Below, piece after piece: positions 1-9,517 of a stretch of DNA of 54,025 nt. Position numbers and translations under genes: made by a program. Source of the DNA: a virus (taxonomy: Duplodnaviria > Caudoviricetes). The stretch spans positions 1 to 54,025 of the IMG/VR virus record IMGVR_UViG_3300030049_000021. One strand, given 5' to 3'. The notes beneath the pieces are model-generated. The model was not told the origin of the DNA. It saw nothing but the letters and a program-made list of their open reading frames with translations, and searched no databases. Position 1 is the first letter of the stretch. Every line of letters starts with the position of its first letter.

Positions 1-1292
1 TGACCTTCCAAATTGATTACCCTCAGTTCAACGCGGCCACATCGAAGTTGTTGCTCCAAGAGAATGGGCAGCTCGCAGATGTCCTATACGCGAACGGGCC
101 AGCTATTCGGCTAGGTAACCACGTTTGGTACAACGGATCGTTTAATGATCCGCCGTCTAACAGTGGGCTCGGATACAAAGGAACCGTCATCGACTGGCTT
201 GCCGACAAACGCGGATTGTTCTTGGGAGTCACCCCCACCGGTGGCACTCCCAGTCTGACAACCGAATGCACACAACTTTACGACGCATTTGAAGGGCAAT
301 CGATCGGGCAGGTAGACGACGATTCGAATTACTTTTTGCTCCCGGCAGATCCGTTGCACCCGAACGAATCGGTCTATAAATCCGCTTTGGTTAACTCATG
401 GTCAGAGGTCCCGCCAATGTGCGGGTACCCAACCTTTAACCGCAGTGCGGCTACATGGCTACCTACGGCTAGCCTTTGCCAAAGTTCGTGGAGTTGGGTT
501 CAAGTGCCGAGGCGGTTGACCTCAGCAGCCACAAGGGCTGACCTATTTGCGCCGGACGGCGTGACGATGCTAACAAGCCTTTCATCACTCACGATTGACG
601 GATGGTACGTTACCGAATCGAGCCCTATCATCACAAACACGGAGTCACCTAACTTCTGGATTATTACGGTAGCGGCGGGAAACAAGAAGTGGGCCAAAGT
701 CACGCCTTGGCATGGATGGTTCAGCCTATTGACTGTTGGCGCTCCTGCGGAAGTCGATCTTGCGTGCGATTCTAACGGTATTGTCTATCGGTGCCTTTCC
801 GATGGTTCGCAAATCCTACTACTAAGATTCAACTTTGCCGACGTCAACGATATGTTCACCGCGTTCACGCCGACTAGCAGTGCTCCAACTACGTGCAATA
901 ATGCAAGCATAGCTTGCGGTCCCACCAACAAGCTTCTAATCGTTTTTGACGATGGCACAACTACTTGGATTATCCGGTCGACCAACGCGGGGCAAACGTG
1001 GAGCGCACCGATGAGTGTGGCACCCGGGACGTGGCCAGAACCGGCCATTGATGCAATTTCAGCAACTCAGTTTGTCGCTATTTCAGACGGCGCAAACTAC
1101 AACTGTTGGCGCATGACTACTAGCGACGCTTCCTTTTCGAATGTCGGCACGATATGCGCCGGGTCAGGAGCAAAGGTTGGCCTTACGGTTCGCCAGTCCG
1201 TGAAACGAGAACTAATATTCGAAATATCAATCGCTGGCACCGTCCAAAGGTACATATCGTACAATATGGGCGTGAACTGGAACGCGAGCTAA
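1..1292 (+). CDS. C-terminal part of a large tail/baseplate protein continuing from 51915-54025; BNR/Asp-box beta-propeller-like C-terminus
   Basis: Same frame as the open frame at the window end. Asp-box-like motifs RSTNAGQTWS and ISYNMGVNWN. Lies in the tail module. Confidence 0.8.
   Translation, partial: TFQIDYPQFNAATSKLLLQENGQLADVLYANGPAIRLGNHVWYNGSFNDPPSNSGLGYKGTVIDWLADKRGLFLGVTPTGGTPSLTTECTQLYDAFEGQSIGQVDDDSNYFLLPADPLHPNESVYKSALVNSWSEVPPMCGYPTFNRSAATWLPTASLCQSSWSWVQVPRRLTSAATRADLFAPDGVTMLTSLSSLTIDGWYVTESSPIITNTESPNFWIITVAAGNKKWAKVTPWHGWFSLLTVGAPAEVDLACDSNGIVYRCLSDGSQILLLRFNFADVNDMFTAFTPTSSAPTTCNNASIACGPTNKLLIVFDDGTTTWIIRSTNAGQTWSAPMSVAPGTWPEPAIDAISATQFVAISDGANYNCWRMTTSDASFSNVGTICAGSGAKVGLTVRQSVKRELIFEISIAGTVQRYISYNMGVNWNAS
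2..127. repeat. Terminal direct repeat, copy 1 (circular-assembly overlap)
   Basis: 2-127 is identical to 53900-54025 (126 bp). Base 1 (t) mismatches 53899 (c). A reading frame runs through the join. Confidence 0.97.
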
Positions 1293-1296
1293 GACT

Positions 1297-1950
1297 ATGA
1301 GCGCAAATCTAAACCTGCTTACTCCGAACATGCCGTTCGCGTCGAACATTTTTAACGACAATGTAAATTGCGCTCAGCTAAACATACAGGCGCAGCAAGG
1401 GATTGGCGTCGTTAGCGGAATGACTCTATCGACCGGAGGCGGATCGACTCTAAATATAGCCTCTGGGATAGTCCAGAACCCTCGAACGGTTGCATATTCA
1501 GGAGGGACGTTCACCGTTCCAAGCAACGGCACTTGGTACGTAATGTGTAACTGGGTAGCCGGTACGCCAGACCCTTCGACAGGGCTATCGGCTTACACGT
1601 TTTCATTTAGTGTTCAGTCGGGACCAACACCTCCTGGAGGCCAAGTCTGCCTTGGGCAGATCACGATGGCAGCCGGGACGATTACTAACGTCTCGAATGC
1701 AGGCCTTCTTGTCATCCCGCATGTGTCTGGCTCCCAATGGATTGCAGGCCAAAGCAGGATGGTGATAGACGACTCGACCGGGATAACAACGGTGCAAAAT
1801 CTTCAAGGCAACGTCGCGGTTAAGAATGTTCTTCAACCCGGAGACGCCGCCGTGATCGATGCGAACTATCAGGTCTCCATCTTCAAATCATTCACCGTGC
1901 CACCTGGCGCGACTTTCACTAATAACGGACTTTTTAGGGTAACAACATAA
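1297..1950 (+). CDS. Minor tail / tail-fibre-associated protein
   Basis: 217 aa, Gly/Ser/Thr/Asn-rich beta-strand composition, tightly packed in the distal tail operon. Confidence 0.6.
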   Translation: MSANLNLLTPNMPFASNIFNDNVNCAQLNIQAQQGIGVVSGMTLSTGGGSTLNIASGIVQNPRTVAYSGGTFTVPSNGTWYVMCNWVAGTPDPSTGLSAYTFSFSVQSGPTPPGGQVCLGQITMAAGTITNVSNAGLLVIPHVSGSQWIAGQSRMVIDDSTGITTVQNLQGNVAVKNVLQPGDAAVIDANYQVSIFKSFTVPPGATFTNNGLFRVTT

Positions 1951-1951
1951 T

Positions 1952-2317
1952 ATGGCTGGAACACTTCAAGCTAACGGCGGCGATTTACTTGTCAATTCTA
2001 TCAGTGGCAATGGCGTACCGTTCACAAAATCGCTATTGACGCTAACATATGCTGACGCTGACATTACGCTTACATCGGGCCAATATCAGAACCCAACGAT
2101 TAACTGCATAGGAACAAATACTGCTCAAAGGAAGCTAGTTTTGCCCTTGGTAGCTGGCGCTGAGTGGTATGTGGCCAACAATGGCACGGGCCAAAACATT
2201 CAGGCTATCGGCTCGACAGGTACCGGCATCATTGTCCCGACTACTGACGGATGCTTCCTTTGGAGCGACGGTGTGAACATCTATCGAAAGACCCCTAACG
2301 CAACGATTACGACATAA
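1952..2317 (+). CDS. Small putative virion structural protein
   Basis: 121 aa, beta-rich, 1-nt spacing to neighbours. Confidence 0.55.
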   Translation: MAGTLQANGGDLLVNSISGNGVPFTKSLLTLTYADADITLTSGQYQNPTINCIGTNTAQRKLVLPLVAGAEWYVANNGTGQNIQAIGSTGTGIIVPTTDGCFLWSDGVNIYRKTPNATITT

Positions 2318-2318
2318 A

Positions 2319-2903
2319 ATGAAAAAACTACTGCAATCGAAACTTACAATCCCGCTTTGCGGGTTTTTTGCTTTGTTGTGCCTGATCGGAGCCGCATATC
2401 AAGGAAACGGTTGGTATTACAACGCATCGCCAATCACATGCTTTCCCGGGTCTGCTTGCGCAGGGCAGACGGACATCAACGGCTACCTCAAGGTCAACGT
2501 GGCAGCAGGCGGGTCGGCTCCTGTCGGTACGACATGGCTGCAAGACAACAGTTCGGCAACGGCTGCATCTCCAGGCGTGACAACTCATACTTCCAAAGCA
2601 TCTGCGGCAACGCTGGATGGCCTACTTGTCTCCAATTACTCGGGCGGTCTACTGTATTTCCAGGTCTGGAACACCGCAAGCGCACTGACAAGTGGAACAT
2701 CAACCGGTCCCGTCCTCGAATACCCGGTTGGCCTTGGTGTCTCATCTTCTCCAACCATCTTCGCGATAGGCGCGGCATATTGGGGTCCAGGTGGGCTAAC
2801 CGGTACTTTTACAACTGGACTGACTTGGAGCTTATCGAGCACAAGCCAGCTCTACACGTCGGTGGCTACGGGCCTAGCATCGGTTGAGGTCGACTACAAA
2901 TGA
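2319..2903 (+). CDS. Signal-peptide-bearing beta-rich protein
   Basis: N-terminus [26 protein letters not shown] is basic then hydrophobic. ATGA overlap with the next gene. Confidence 0.65.
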   Translation: MKKLLQSKLTIPLCGFFALLCLIGAAYQGNGWYYNASPITCFPGSACAGQTDINGYLKVNVAAGGSAPVGTTWLQDNSSATAASPGVTTHTSKASAATLDGLLVSNYSGGLLYFQVWNTASALTSGTSTGPVLEYPVGLGVSSSPTIFAIGAAYWGPGGLTGTFTTGLTWSLSSTSQLYTSVATGLASVEVDYK

Positions 2904-5248
2904 AAAAGCTATTTACATCTTTGGTTCTCGTTTTCCTTGCTTGCTTGTCGTTTGGGCAGAGCAGCGGGATATCCCTTGGGCTTGGAAATTCTATTGTAAA
3001 AATAATTCCTGGATTGACGCCTAACTTAACATCTGCGGCTGCGGCAAATACATCGGCAATCAATGCAACAATCGCTTCGGGAGGTTCGTGGAGAATCCCT
3101 GTTTCTCCATCACATTCATCTGACATTTATTACGTCAACGGCACGGGTACACCTCTAGCTATTGGATCATTAAGAACCCCATCGACATTAATTGTTGACG
3201 ATGGTGTCTCAATCGTAAACGCTTCTGGATCAAATGGCCCTGTTTTGGTATCTTCGGCATTTAACCGGTCATTCGGCACGTGTTCCGGCACGTCTGGGAC
3301 AAATTCAACACCTATCACGTGGCCCTACGTCGCCGTCAACTTTACAGGCTCAATATCAGGCACCACGCTGACCGTTTCGGCTGTCTCTACCGGCACATTG
3401 GTCGTTGGAATGCCTATTGCTGGATCGGGAGTAACTGCGCCAACTTACATCAATGCGCTCGGAACGGGGGCAGGGGGAACGGGGACATATACTGTGTCTG
3501 TCTCTCAAACGGTTGCATCGGAAGCAATGACAGGTGGAACTGATTACACATCGATTGGTTTTGATCTTACGGGAACTGGTCTATCAACAGGATCAGGCGC
3601 ATCGAATATCCAGCAAGGAGATTATGTTCAAATTACGGGATGGGTAGACAACAGTTCAACTACAACCCCGGATTCCGCCTACTACGGTACCTTCTATGTT
3701 CTGTCGATACCTACGACAACATCCATCATTGTTAGGCTTGTTCGACAACCATCAGCTAGCCCGAGCGTTGCAAACGGTCAATATAGAATCCGTCAAGCTG
3801 ATCAATACACGACCGTAGAAGGCGGACTTTGGAGTTACGGAAGCAACGCTTCTACTGGCTACAATAATCACGCCTTAATTTTCGCGGGCGTTGCTGGACT
3901 GAATATTAAGCACATTCAGATAACAAACTCTGAGAAATTTGCCTTAAATCTTTCGCAGTGCAACGGCGCTTGTGTTGAGGATGTCACGGGCGTTGCGTGT
4001 AACTCGGATCTCGTTAAGGTCTACGGGTCCGTAAACACATACATTCGGCGCGTTTATGGCGTCGGCGGTGATGACAGCGTCTCAATTCACACGATTGAGG
4101 CGTCTCCCTACACCTCGTACAACCTACCAGGCGCGGGGTCCGACTGCGTTAACTGCTGGATAGAGGATTGCGCAGTTCAGAACGGCGCGGGTTTCCGACT
4201 TTACCCCACGCATGGCGCATTCAAAATGCTCAACTGTGGAATGAAACGATGCACCGCAAATGGTGCAATAGGAAACTCTGCGTATAGCGGTAGCTATACG
4301 AGTTCTGAAAATGAAGCCCCTTTTGGTATTGTCACGTCGGGAAGCAGTGCGACCGGAACACCTTATCTCGATGGAATCGTCTTCGAGGATCTTTACGCGC
4401 AGCCGGGAGGACTAAATATATCCCCCATTGTTTATCTAGGGATCAATAATACGTGTAGCATGGGATCGCTGACATTCAGTCGGATTCGGACTGGGTTCAA
4501 GGATCAGTGGTCAGCCGGTGTGAACGCGGGCGAGATAACAATAGCGGGTGGTGGGTCTGGAACTATAAACCAAATGAATTTTAATGAGTGCGAATTCATG
4601 ATGAATGAAGGGTCTCAGTGTGATGCTATTCACTTCGCAACCTCACAACAATACAATCAGATAAACGTTACAAGATGTCTATTCAAGGGCAGTTCGACTA
4701 ATGGTTATGCGTTTAATATGTCATCTATGGTGTCGCAAGCACCAGGTCAAATAAATTTTGTAAATTGCGATTTTGACACCTTAAACGGGTGTGTATATGC
4801 CCCTACGGTCGCGGTTGGCACCCTCTGGTCACTGATGGGATGCAGAGTCTCAAATGTCAATATTGGTTTAACCATTCAAGGCAACTCCCAGGTTAATTTA
4901 ACTGGAAATACTTTCGCTAATATGCACGGGTCCGGAATTATACGAGGATCTGGCAGTTCGCCTACGATTCTCCTATCTAGCGGAGGTGGTAATGTTGGGA
5001 ACACCGCATCGGGAAGCAACGGTCTTTTTGTTATAGGATCTGGATCTCCTACACTAACGTTCACCGGTTGGTGCAGCGATCTGTTGATAGATATCTCGCA
5101 AACAGGCGTCAATCGCGCTAACGGTGCTGTCGTCTGGAACACAAACTCTGCACTTGGAACACTTTTGGTGGCTGGACCGGTGGTAGGGGATTCGACAAAT
5201 ACGACTGGGTCATGGCACCTGCTTTACAATCCATCTGCGATCTATTAA
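2900..5248 (+). CDS. Pectin-lyase-like right-handed beta-helix protein (tailspike/depolymerase-like) with N-terminal Sec-type signal peptide
   Basis: 782 aa. Signal-like [20 protein letters not shown]. Tailspike-start motif [14 protein letters not shown]. Beta-helix motif GGDDSVSI and repeated Asn/Cys ladders. Confidence 0.75.
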   Translation: MKKLFTSLVLVFLACLSFGQSSGISLGLGNSIVKIIPGLTPNLTSAAAANTSAINATIASGGSWRIPVSPSHSSDIYYVNGTGTPLAIGSLRTPSTLIVDDGVSIVNASGSNGPVLVSSAFNRSFGTCSGTSGTNSTPITWPYVAVNFTGSISGTTLTVSAVSTGTLVVGMPIAGSGVTAPTYINALGTGAGGTGTYTVSVSQTVASEAMTGGTDYTSIGFDLTGTGLSTGSGASNIQQGDYVQITGWVDNSSTTTPDSAYYGTFYVLSIPTTTSIIVRLVRQPSASPSVANGQYRIRQADQYTTVEGGLWSYGSNASTGYNNHALIFAGVAGLNIKHIQITNSEKFALNLSQCNGACVEDVTGVACNSDLVKVYGSVNTYIRRVYGVGGDDSVSIHTIEASPYTSYNLPGAGSDCVNCWIEDCAVQNGAGFRLYPTHGAFKMLNCGMKRCTANGAIGNSAYSGSYTSSENEAPFGIVTSGSSATGTPYLDGIVFEDLYAQPGGLNISPIVYLGINNTCSMGSLTFSRIRTGFKDQWSAGVNAGEITIAGGGSGTINQMNFNECEFMMNEGSQCDAIHFATSQQYNQINVTRCLFKGSSTNGYAFNMSSMVSQAPGQINFVNCDFDTLNGCVYAPTVAVGTLWSLMGCRVSNVNIGLTIQGNSQVNLTGNTFANMHGSGIIRGSGSSPTILLSSGGGNVGNTASGSNGLFVIGSGSPTLTFTGWCSDLLIDISQTGVNRANGAVVWNTNSALGTLLVAGPVVGDSTNTTGSWHLLYNPSAIY

Positions 5249-5300
5249 ATCGGCGCTTATATCAGGTCGCAAAATCCAACGTTGTTCCCATATTAGGGTA

Positions 5301-5789
5301 ATGCTAAACTACATCAAATCACTTTGGCGCTCATTCTCAGTCTTCTTGGAGGATGAGCCGCCAACAATCAGGAGCAACACAAACATCATGGAAACAGTAA
5401 TACCAACCGGTACATCAGGCGAACTCGCTTTGAGTCTCACGTCAACGCCAACGGGCGCTATGCTAAAGAAATTCGCGGGAACGAAGATCTACTCTGAGCC
5501 AATCCCCGACATTCTTGACAGTTACGCTCAAGAAGAGTTACCCGAACCGCAGAAGGTCTCTGTCACCGGGTCAATCGGCATGGAAGGGAACAATTTTGTT
5601 GGCAAACTGGTACTGATTGACGACCTATCCGCGTTCGGTGTGCCCCCGGCGCTCACTGTGCAACTATTCTCGTACAATTGCGGATTCTTTGGCGGCATTC
5701 TAGCCCGCAAAGCGATCGGCGCCGGTGACTCGGAAACAATTGGATCTCAACTTGCTTATGTGCCGCCAGTCACCGAACCGCTAGCGTAA
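5301..5789 (+). CDS. Hypothetical protein, last gene of the late operon (alternative start at 5388)
   Basis: 162-aa ORF followed by a terminator. Confidence 0.6.
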   Translation: MLNYIKSLWRSFSVFLEDEPPTIRSNTNIMETVIPTGTSGELALSLTSTPTGAMLKKFAGTKIYSEPIPDILDSYAQEELPEPQKVSVTGSIGMEGNNFVGKLVLIDDLSAFGVPPALTVQLFSYNCGFFGGILARKAIGAGDSETIGSQLAYVPPVTEPLA

Positions 5790-5812
5790 GTCCGCTACCC
5801 ATAATCGAAAAT

Positions 5813-5848
5813 GCCCCCGGCTCTTAGTGAGTCGGGGGCTCTTTTTTG
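5813..5848. terminator. Rho-independent terminator between convergent operons
   Basis: gcccccggctc-ttagt-gagtcgggggc hairpin followed by tcttttttg and preceded by an A-run. Confidence 0.85.
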
Positions 5849-5860
5849 TGTTTGGAAGGG

Positions 5861-6022
5861 CTAGTCCGATACGTACAAACCCAGGAGAAGGAATAGTCCG
5901 CAACAGGTAAGGCCCGCGATAAGCCAATGGGCATCGTGAAGTATAGGAGCGGCTATCATGCCTCCCAAAAGCGGAACAAGGGAGAGTGCCGCCATTAACC
6001 GGACTACCTTGCGTTTATTCAC
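5861..6022 (-). CDS. Small two-TM membrane protein (53 aa, not in the ORF track)
   Basis: GTG start overlaps the stop of 6019-6390. MNKRKVVRLMAALSLVPLLGGMIAAPILHDAHWLIAGLTCCGLFLLLGLYVSD. Confidence 0.5.
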   Translation of the reverse strand: MNKRKVVRLMAALSLVPLLGGMIAAPILHDAHWLIAGLTCCGLFLLLGLYVSD

Positions 6023-6390
6023 GCCTCATCTCTCAACTCTTCGGGCAACGGAACGTTTGCCGGGTATTCGCGCACGGTGATCCATTCGCCATTTGAGTAG
6101 GCGCTGACCTTTACGCCAGCGCGTCCGTGTCTTCTGGCTTTGAACATAGCTTCTGAGAGCGTAATCGTGGACGCCGGTTTGCCGTTCCATGCCCAGATTT
6201 TGCAGGGAATGCTGGCGTCAGCTTCTGCATCCTCTTTGGAGTAATAAACACGAATGAAAGGCACTGCTCCTAATATTTCCTTCGCCTCTTCGGTAGGTAA
6301 TGCGGTGCCACGGCAAGCCCAATACTCCCTCTTATCGGGCCACAATTCAGCCATAAACGACGGTTCGATTTCTAGTTGCTCTTGGTTCAT
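6019..6390 (-). CDS. Hypothetical protein
   Basis: 123 aa, 4-nt overlaps with neighbours. Confidence 0.65.
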   Translation of the reverse strand: MNQEQLEIEPSFMAELWPDKREYWACRGTALPTEEAKEILGAVPFIRVYYSKEDAEADASIPCKIWAWNGKPASTITLSEAMFKARRHGRAGVKVSAYSNGEWITVREYPANVPLPEELRDEA

Positions 6391-6689
6391 ACGGTCACCT
6401 CTAAATTAGCAATATATTTGTCAATCAGCGCGGATTCGTTCTCCACCCGTGGGTAATTCAGTTCACCTAGGTCGAGCAATGAGCGCATCCAGCCTAGACA
6501 CTCGCGCCTGTTGTCGTCGATCTCCGGGTAGTAGATCGGCTTGCCCTCACCATCGAACCAAGCGATAATCTTAGGCTCGTTCGCGGTCGGGATTTCGCGC
6601 CAGAAAATGGCGGTTCCGTAGTCGTCGGTGTCGTGGGAAAAGTGGGTGGGGTCTTTTCGCCATAGGTTGTTGGCATCTGTGATGGTCAT
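6387..6689 (-). CDS. Hypothetical protein
   Basis: 100 aa, operon packing. Confidence 0.65.
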   Translation of the reverse strand: MTITDANNLWRKDPTHFSHDTDDYGTAIFWREIPTANEPKIIAWFDGEGKPIYYPEIDDNRRECLGWMRSLLDLGELNYPRVENESALIDKYIANLEVTV

Positions 6690-6998
6690 TTATTGCGCCT
6701 TCCTTAACCACGTTTCGGCCATTTCGCGCGGCATACCGAGTTCAGTTGCAATATGACTTTCGAGACGCGCCCCTTTACTATTGGTCCATCCATCAAGAAA
6801 AGCTACTCCGTCGCATGTGAGCATTTGCGCGATATCTAGCCGCATGTAGTGGCCCCAGGGCTTTCCAGTCTCCGCTCCATTGTCAGCGGGGTTGGCGACA
6901 TCATATCCAACGGCTCTTAATCTAGCGGACATCTGATTGAAGGCAGGAAAATTAAAATCTTTGATACCCGTCATAGGCCCGGCCAAATATAGTTTCAT
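6690..6998 (-). CDS. DUF4406 / nucleoside 2-deoxyribosyltransferase-like protein
   Basis: Motifs YLAGPMTG..DFNFPAF, NPA, YMRLDI..L.CD, W..SKGA..E. Confidence 0.85.
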   Translation of the reverse strand: MKLYLAGPMTGIKDFNFPAFNQMSARLRAVGYDVANPADNGAETGKPWGHYMRLDIAQMLTCDGVAFLDGWTNSKGARLESHIATELGMPREMAETWLRKAQ

Positions 6999-7291
6999 CT
7001 CTCAAACTCCTTAACCGGATATGAGCCGGTCTGTCTCAAATTCTCGAACCGCACGTAATCCTCATGCGATAGGTAAAGCGTGCCGTCTTTCCAGAACCCG
7101 GCGACCGGGATTATCGGATTCTTCGGGTCTGGTTTGAGGCGGTCGGCAAGGGCTTTGACATGCTGATCGTTAAGCATCCATCCAGGATTTTCTGCTGAAA
7201 CATACGCGGCAATAATGCTAAACCACAGGCATAAGCACACTATCCAAATTATCCAAATTAACAAAAAACTATTTTTCATGCCAACCCCCAA
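6995..7291 (-). CDS. Hypothetical membrane-anchored protein
   Basis: Hydrophobic N-terminal segment, operon packing. Confidence 0.55.
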   Translation of the reverse strand: MGVGMKNSFLLIWIIWIVCLCLWFSIIAAYVSAENPGWMLNDQHVKALADRLKPDPKNPIIPVAGFWKDGTLYLSHEDYVRFENLRQTGSYPVKEFER

Positions 7292-7566
7292 AGTCTAGTA
7301 AATTGCTCCATAGTGTCCTGCATCTCCCGCAAGGCCTCGGCCTCGCTGCACATAGTCTCTACCCACTCCTGGGCTTTGAGAACGGTGTCGAATGGTAGGC
7401 TGTCTTTGTATATGCCGTCGATACACCACACACCCAGCGGCCTTCTTAAACTGCCGTAAAGCACGTATCCGCTTATTGAGTGTGTCGAATGGTAGAAGGC
7501 GTTATTCGGGTAGATCTGCCAACCGTCGCGGGCGACTGCTGGGCCTCCGATTATCTCTGTGTTCAT
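7276..7566 (-). CDS. Hypothetical protein
   Basis: ATG at 7566 with an upstream GGAGG-type Shine-Dalgarno. Confidence 0.55.
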   Translation of the reverse strand: MNTEIIGGPAVARDGWQIYPNNAFYHSTHSISGYVLYGSLRRPLGVWCIDGIYKDSLPFDTVLKAQEWVETMCSEAEALREMQDTMEQFTRLWGLA

Positions 7567-7624
7567 TCTTTCCCTCCAATCGTGTCGTGATCGACGAAAA
7601 CAACCAAGTCCAGTCGTTTCCCCA

Positions 7625-7888
7625 TCACCCCTCCCAATCCAGCGTCCCATCAGCCCGCTTTGGCGCGGCCTTGCAGACGGCTATGATGTCGTGTAGCTGA
7701 ACGTCGGTAAGCCCGTTCATCGTGAGTTTCGGCACGTGCATCCCGGTTCGCTCGTAAAGATATTTGACAACCTTCGCGCGCTTGGTTTCGATCTGCGGCA
7801 TTTTGAACAGATGCTTGTCGGGAAGCCATAGCCTCCGTGCGTGAGTCTGTGCGTCCGCCTTTAGCTTTCGTTCGTCGGCGCGGGTCAT
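7625..7888 (-). CDS. Hypothetical basic protein
   Basis: 87 aa, ATGA overlap. Confidence 0.6.
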   Translation of the reverse strand: MTRADERKLKADAQTHARRLWLPDKHLFKMPQIETKRAKVVKYLYERTGMHVPKLTMNGLTDVQLHDIIAVCKAAPKRADGTLDWEG

Positions 7889-8094
7889 GGTTTCACCTCA
7901 TGCCGCTCCCTCAGTGGTCGGAACTGATCGAGCATGGAAGCGTCGATGATCCTGAATCGCTCCTTGCCCCGCTTGCCTTTCTGAATGAGGATAGGCAATT
8001 CACCGTTCCACGTAGGCGAGACGGCCCATACCTCGTGCCGTGGGCCTTGTATCTGGTCGCCAGCCTTTAGATGTCTGAATGATGTTTTGGTCAT
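7885..8094 (-). CDS. Hypothetical protein
   Basis: 69 aa, overlaps both neighbours. Confidence 0.55.
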   Translation of the reverse strand: MTKTSFRHLKAGDQIQGPRHEVWAVSPTWNGELPILIQKGKRGKERFRIIDASMLDQFRPLRERHEVKP

Positions 8095-8300
8095 TAAATC
8101 CTCGTCCTCTGCAAATACTCAACCTCTTGCGCCAGGTCGCGTAGCTTGGTGTCGAACTCTCCCAGGTTGAAAAATGGCTCTGAGCTTTCGGGCGTAGCAT
8201 CCCAGCAGCTATCAACCATCTCCTTCACAACCTCCGCGATGACTCTGATATCCATGCCGCTTTGAACGATGCGGCGGCTTTCGGTGTAGGGGTTGAACAT
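8094..8300 (-). CDS. Hypothetical protein
   Basis: 68 aa, TAATG overlaps. Confidence 0.6.
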   Translation of the reverse strand: MFNPYTESRRIVQSGMDIRVIAEVVKEMVDSCWDATPESSEPFFNLGEFDTKLRDLAQEVEYLQRTRI

Positions 8301-8953
8301 TATTTCACCCTCTCGACTTCAACCACCATAACCCAGGGGCCATCAGCGAATTTGCAAACCGGTTTTTTGCCGTTGATTGAGTCCCATAGCGCGGCGAAAA
8401 GCTCTACCGGGCCAGTACGTTTAACTTTGCCCATCTCAAAACCTTTGTCTAATCGCTCGTCTCGGTTCTCGTGCCAGCTTGAGGTGCCGCAAAACTCATA
8501 TCGAAAACCAGGTGCGACACCCTCCGCTATCGCGTCCTCTTCGCTGATCTGATTCACCCGTTCGATACGAACGCCGGTCACCTTTAGAGTGATTCGACTT
8601 GCCCACTGGGGCATGAATATTGAGGGTCGCCACCTACCGGCGTGATCTGGTTTTGTGCCTTCTGACGCGAACCATAGCAGTCCGTTGATGGGGATATTCT
8701 TTGGTGACAGACGATCGTAAATTGACGATGTTGCCCACGTCTCACGAACCCAAAGAAGGTCACCGACTTGGTACGGCAAATTGACCATCTCGTACTTTTG
8801 CTCGGTGATCTTGGCGCACCAACCGTTTTGATGTTCAAACCATGAGATGTGAAGCGGTTGAGGCTTGATAACCCTCCGCGTCTGTGTCTTGGCCCCAGAA
8901 AGTAGGGCGCGCACCATCTCGCCTTTGAATAAAATTGGTTTCATCTTAGGCAA
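8300..8953 (-). CDS. ASCH/PUA-like phage protein
   Basis: Motifs KPILF..EMVRALL.G.KTQTRR, GD.LWVRETW, WRPSIFMP.WASRI.L, I.EEDAIAEG, PWV.V.E. Confidence 0.85.
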   Translation of the reverse strand: MPKMKPILFKGEMVRALLSGAKTQTRRVIKPQPLHISWFEHQNGWCAKITEQKYEMVNLPYQVGDLLWVRETWATSSIYDRLSPKNIPINGLLWFASEGTKPDHAGRWRPSIFMPQWASRITLKVTGVRIERVNQISEEDAIAEGVAPGFRYEFCGTSSWHENRDERLDKGFEMGKVKRTGPVELFAALWDSINGKKPVCKFADGPWVMVVEVERVK

Positions 8954-9227
8954 TCTCCTTTAGGTTTGATGTCTCAAATACATGAAAGAAGTAACCTTCA
9001 ATGAACACCGTCCCGATGAACGTCGGGTTCAGATATGGAATTGGATCACGCGTGCCGAACACCTCGAATCGACGTGGGACGCAATTTCCCAAATCATCGG
9101 GGTCAAGAAACACCCACAATCTAAGGATAATCCCCTGCATCCCGACTGACAAGGGCTTTGCGCCAACCGGGATGTTTAGATAGATCCCCCCACGCTCAAA
9201 CGTCAAATCAAACTTGTAAACAGTCAT
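8946..9227 (-). CDS. Conserved small phage protein (DUF7352-like)
   Basis: Motifs VYKF.L, P.GA..LSVG.Q, LW...DP, FIGTV.....FHVFE. Confidence 0.65.
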   Translation of the reverse strand: MTVYKFDLTFERGGIYLNIPVGAKPLSVGMQGIILRLWVFLDPDDLGNCVPRRFEVFGTRDPIPYLNPTFIGTVFIEGYFFHVFETSNLKEIA

Positions 9228-9448
9228 ACTTTCACCCCGTCAAGCATTTGGATAAGCAACCCAGCGAGCTTTTTCACGTCGGGACTCTCGCTTGCCGTCG
9301 TCTGTCGCAACATGGCTTTCGCGCAAGGTATCCCGCCTACCTGAATGGCTTCGACGATCTTTGAACTAATATTCCATGTCGATTGCGTGGGCTGTGCGTT
9401 AAGCCACTTGCCCAGGAACTCGAAAACTTCTTTTGGTACTTCGTGCAT
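9224..9448 (-). CDS. Hypothetical protein
   Basis: 74 aa with GAGGAAG Shine-Dalgarno. Confidence 0.6.
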   Translation of the reverse strand: MHEVPKEVFEFLGKWLNAQPTQSTWNISSKIVEAIQVGGIPCAKAMLRQTTASESPDVKKLAGLLIQMLDGVKV

Positions 9449-9517
9449 GTTTAATCTTCCTCTCCTAACTCACAAAACAAGGTCGCCCGGTTTCCGCCTC
9501 TACCCGGCGCTTGAAGT

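Noticed and set aside
1-127. Biological terminal repeat of the virion DNA
   Set aside because: The 126-127-bp length matches a common assembler k-mer and the repeat falls mid-gene, so it is best read as a circular-assembly overlap
1-5789. Diversity-generating retroelement target in tail genes
   Set aside because: No reverse transcriptase and no template/variable repeat pair noticed
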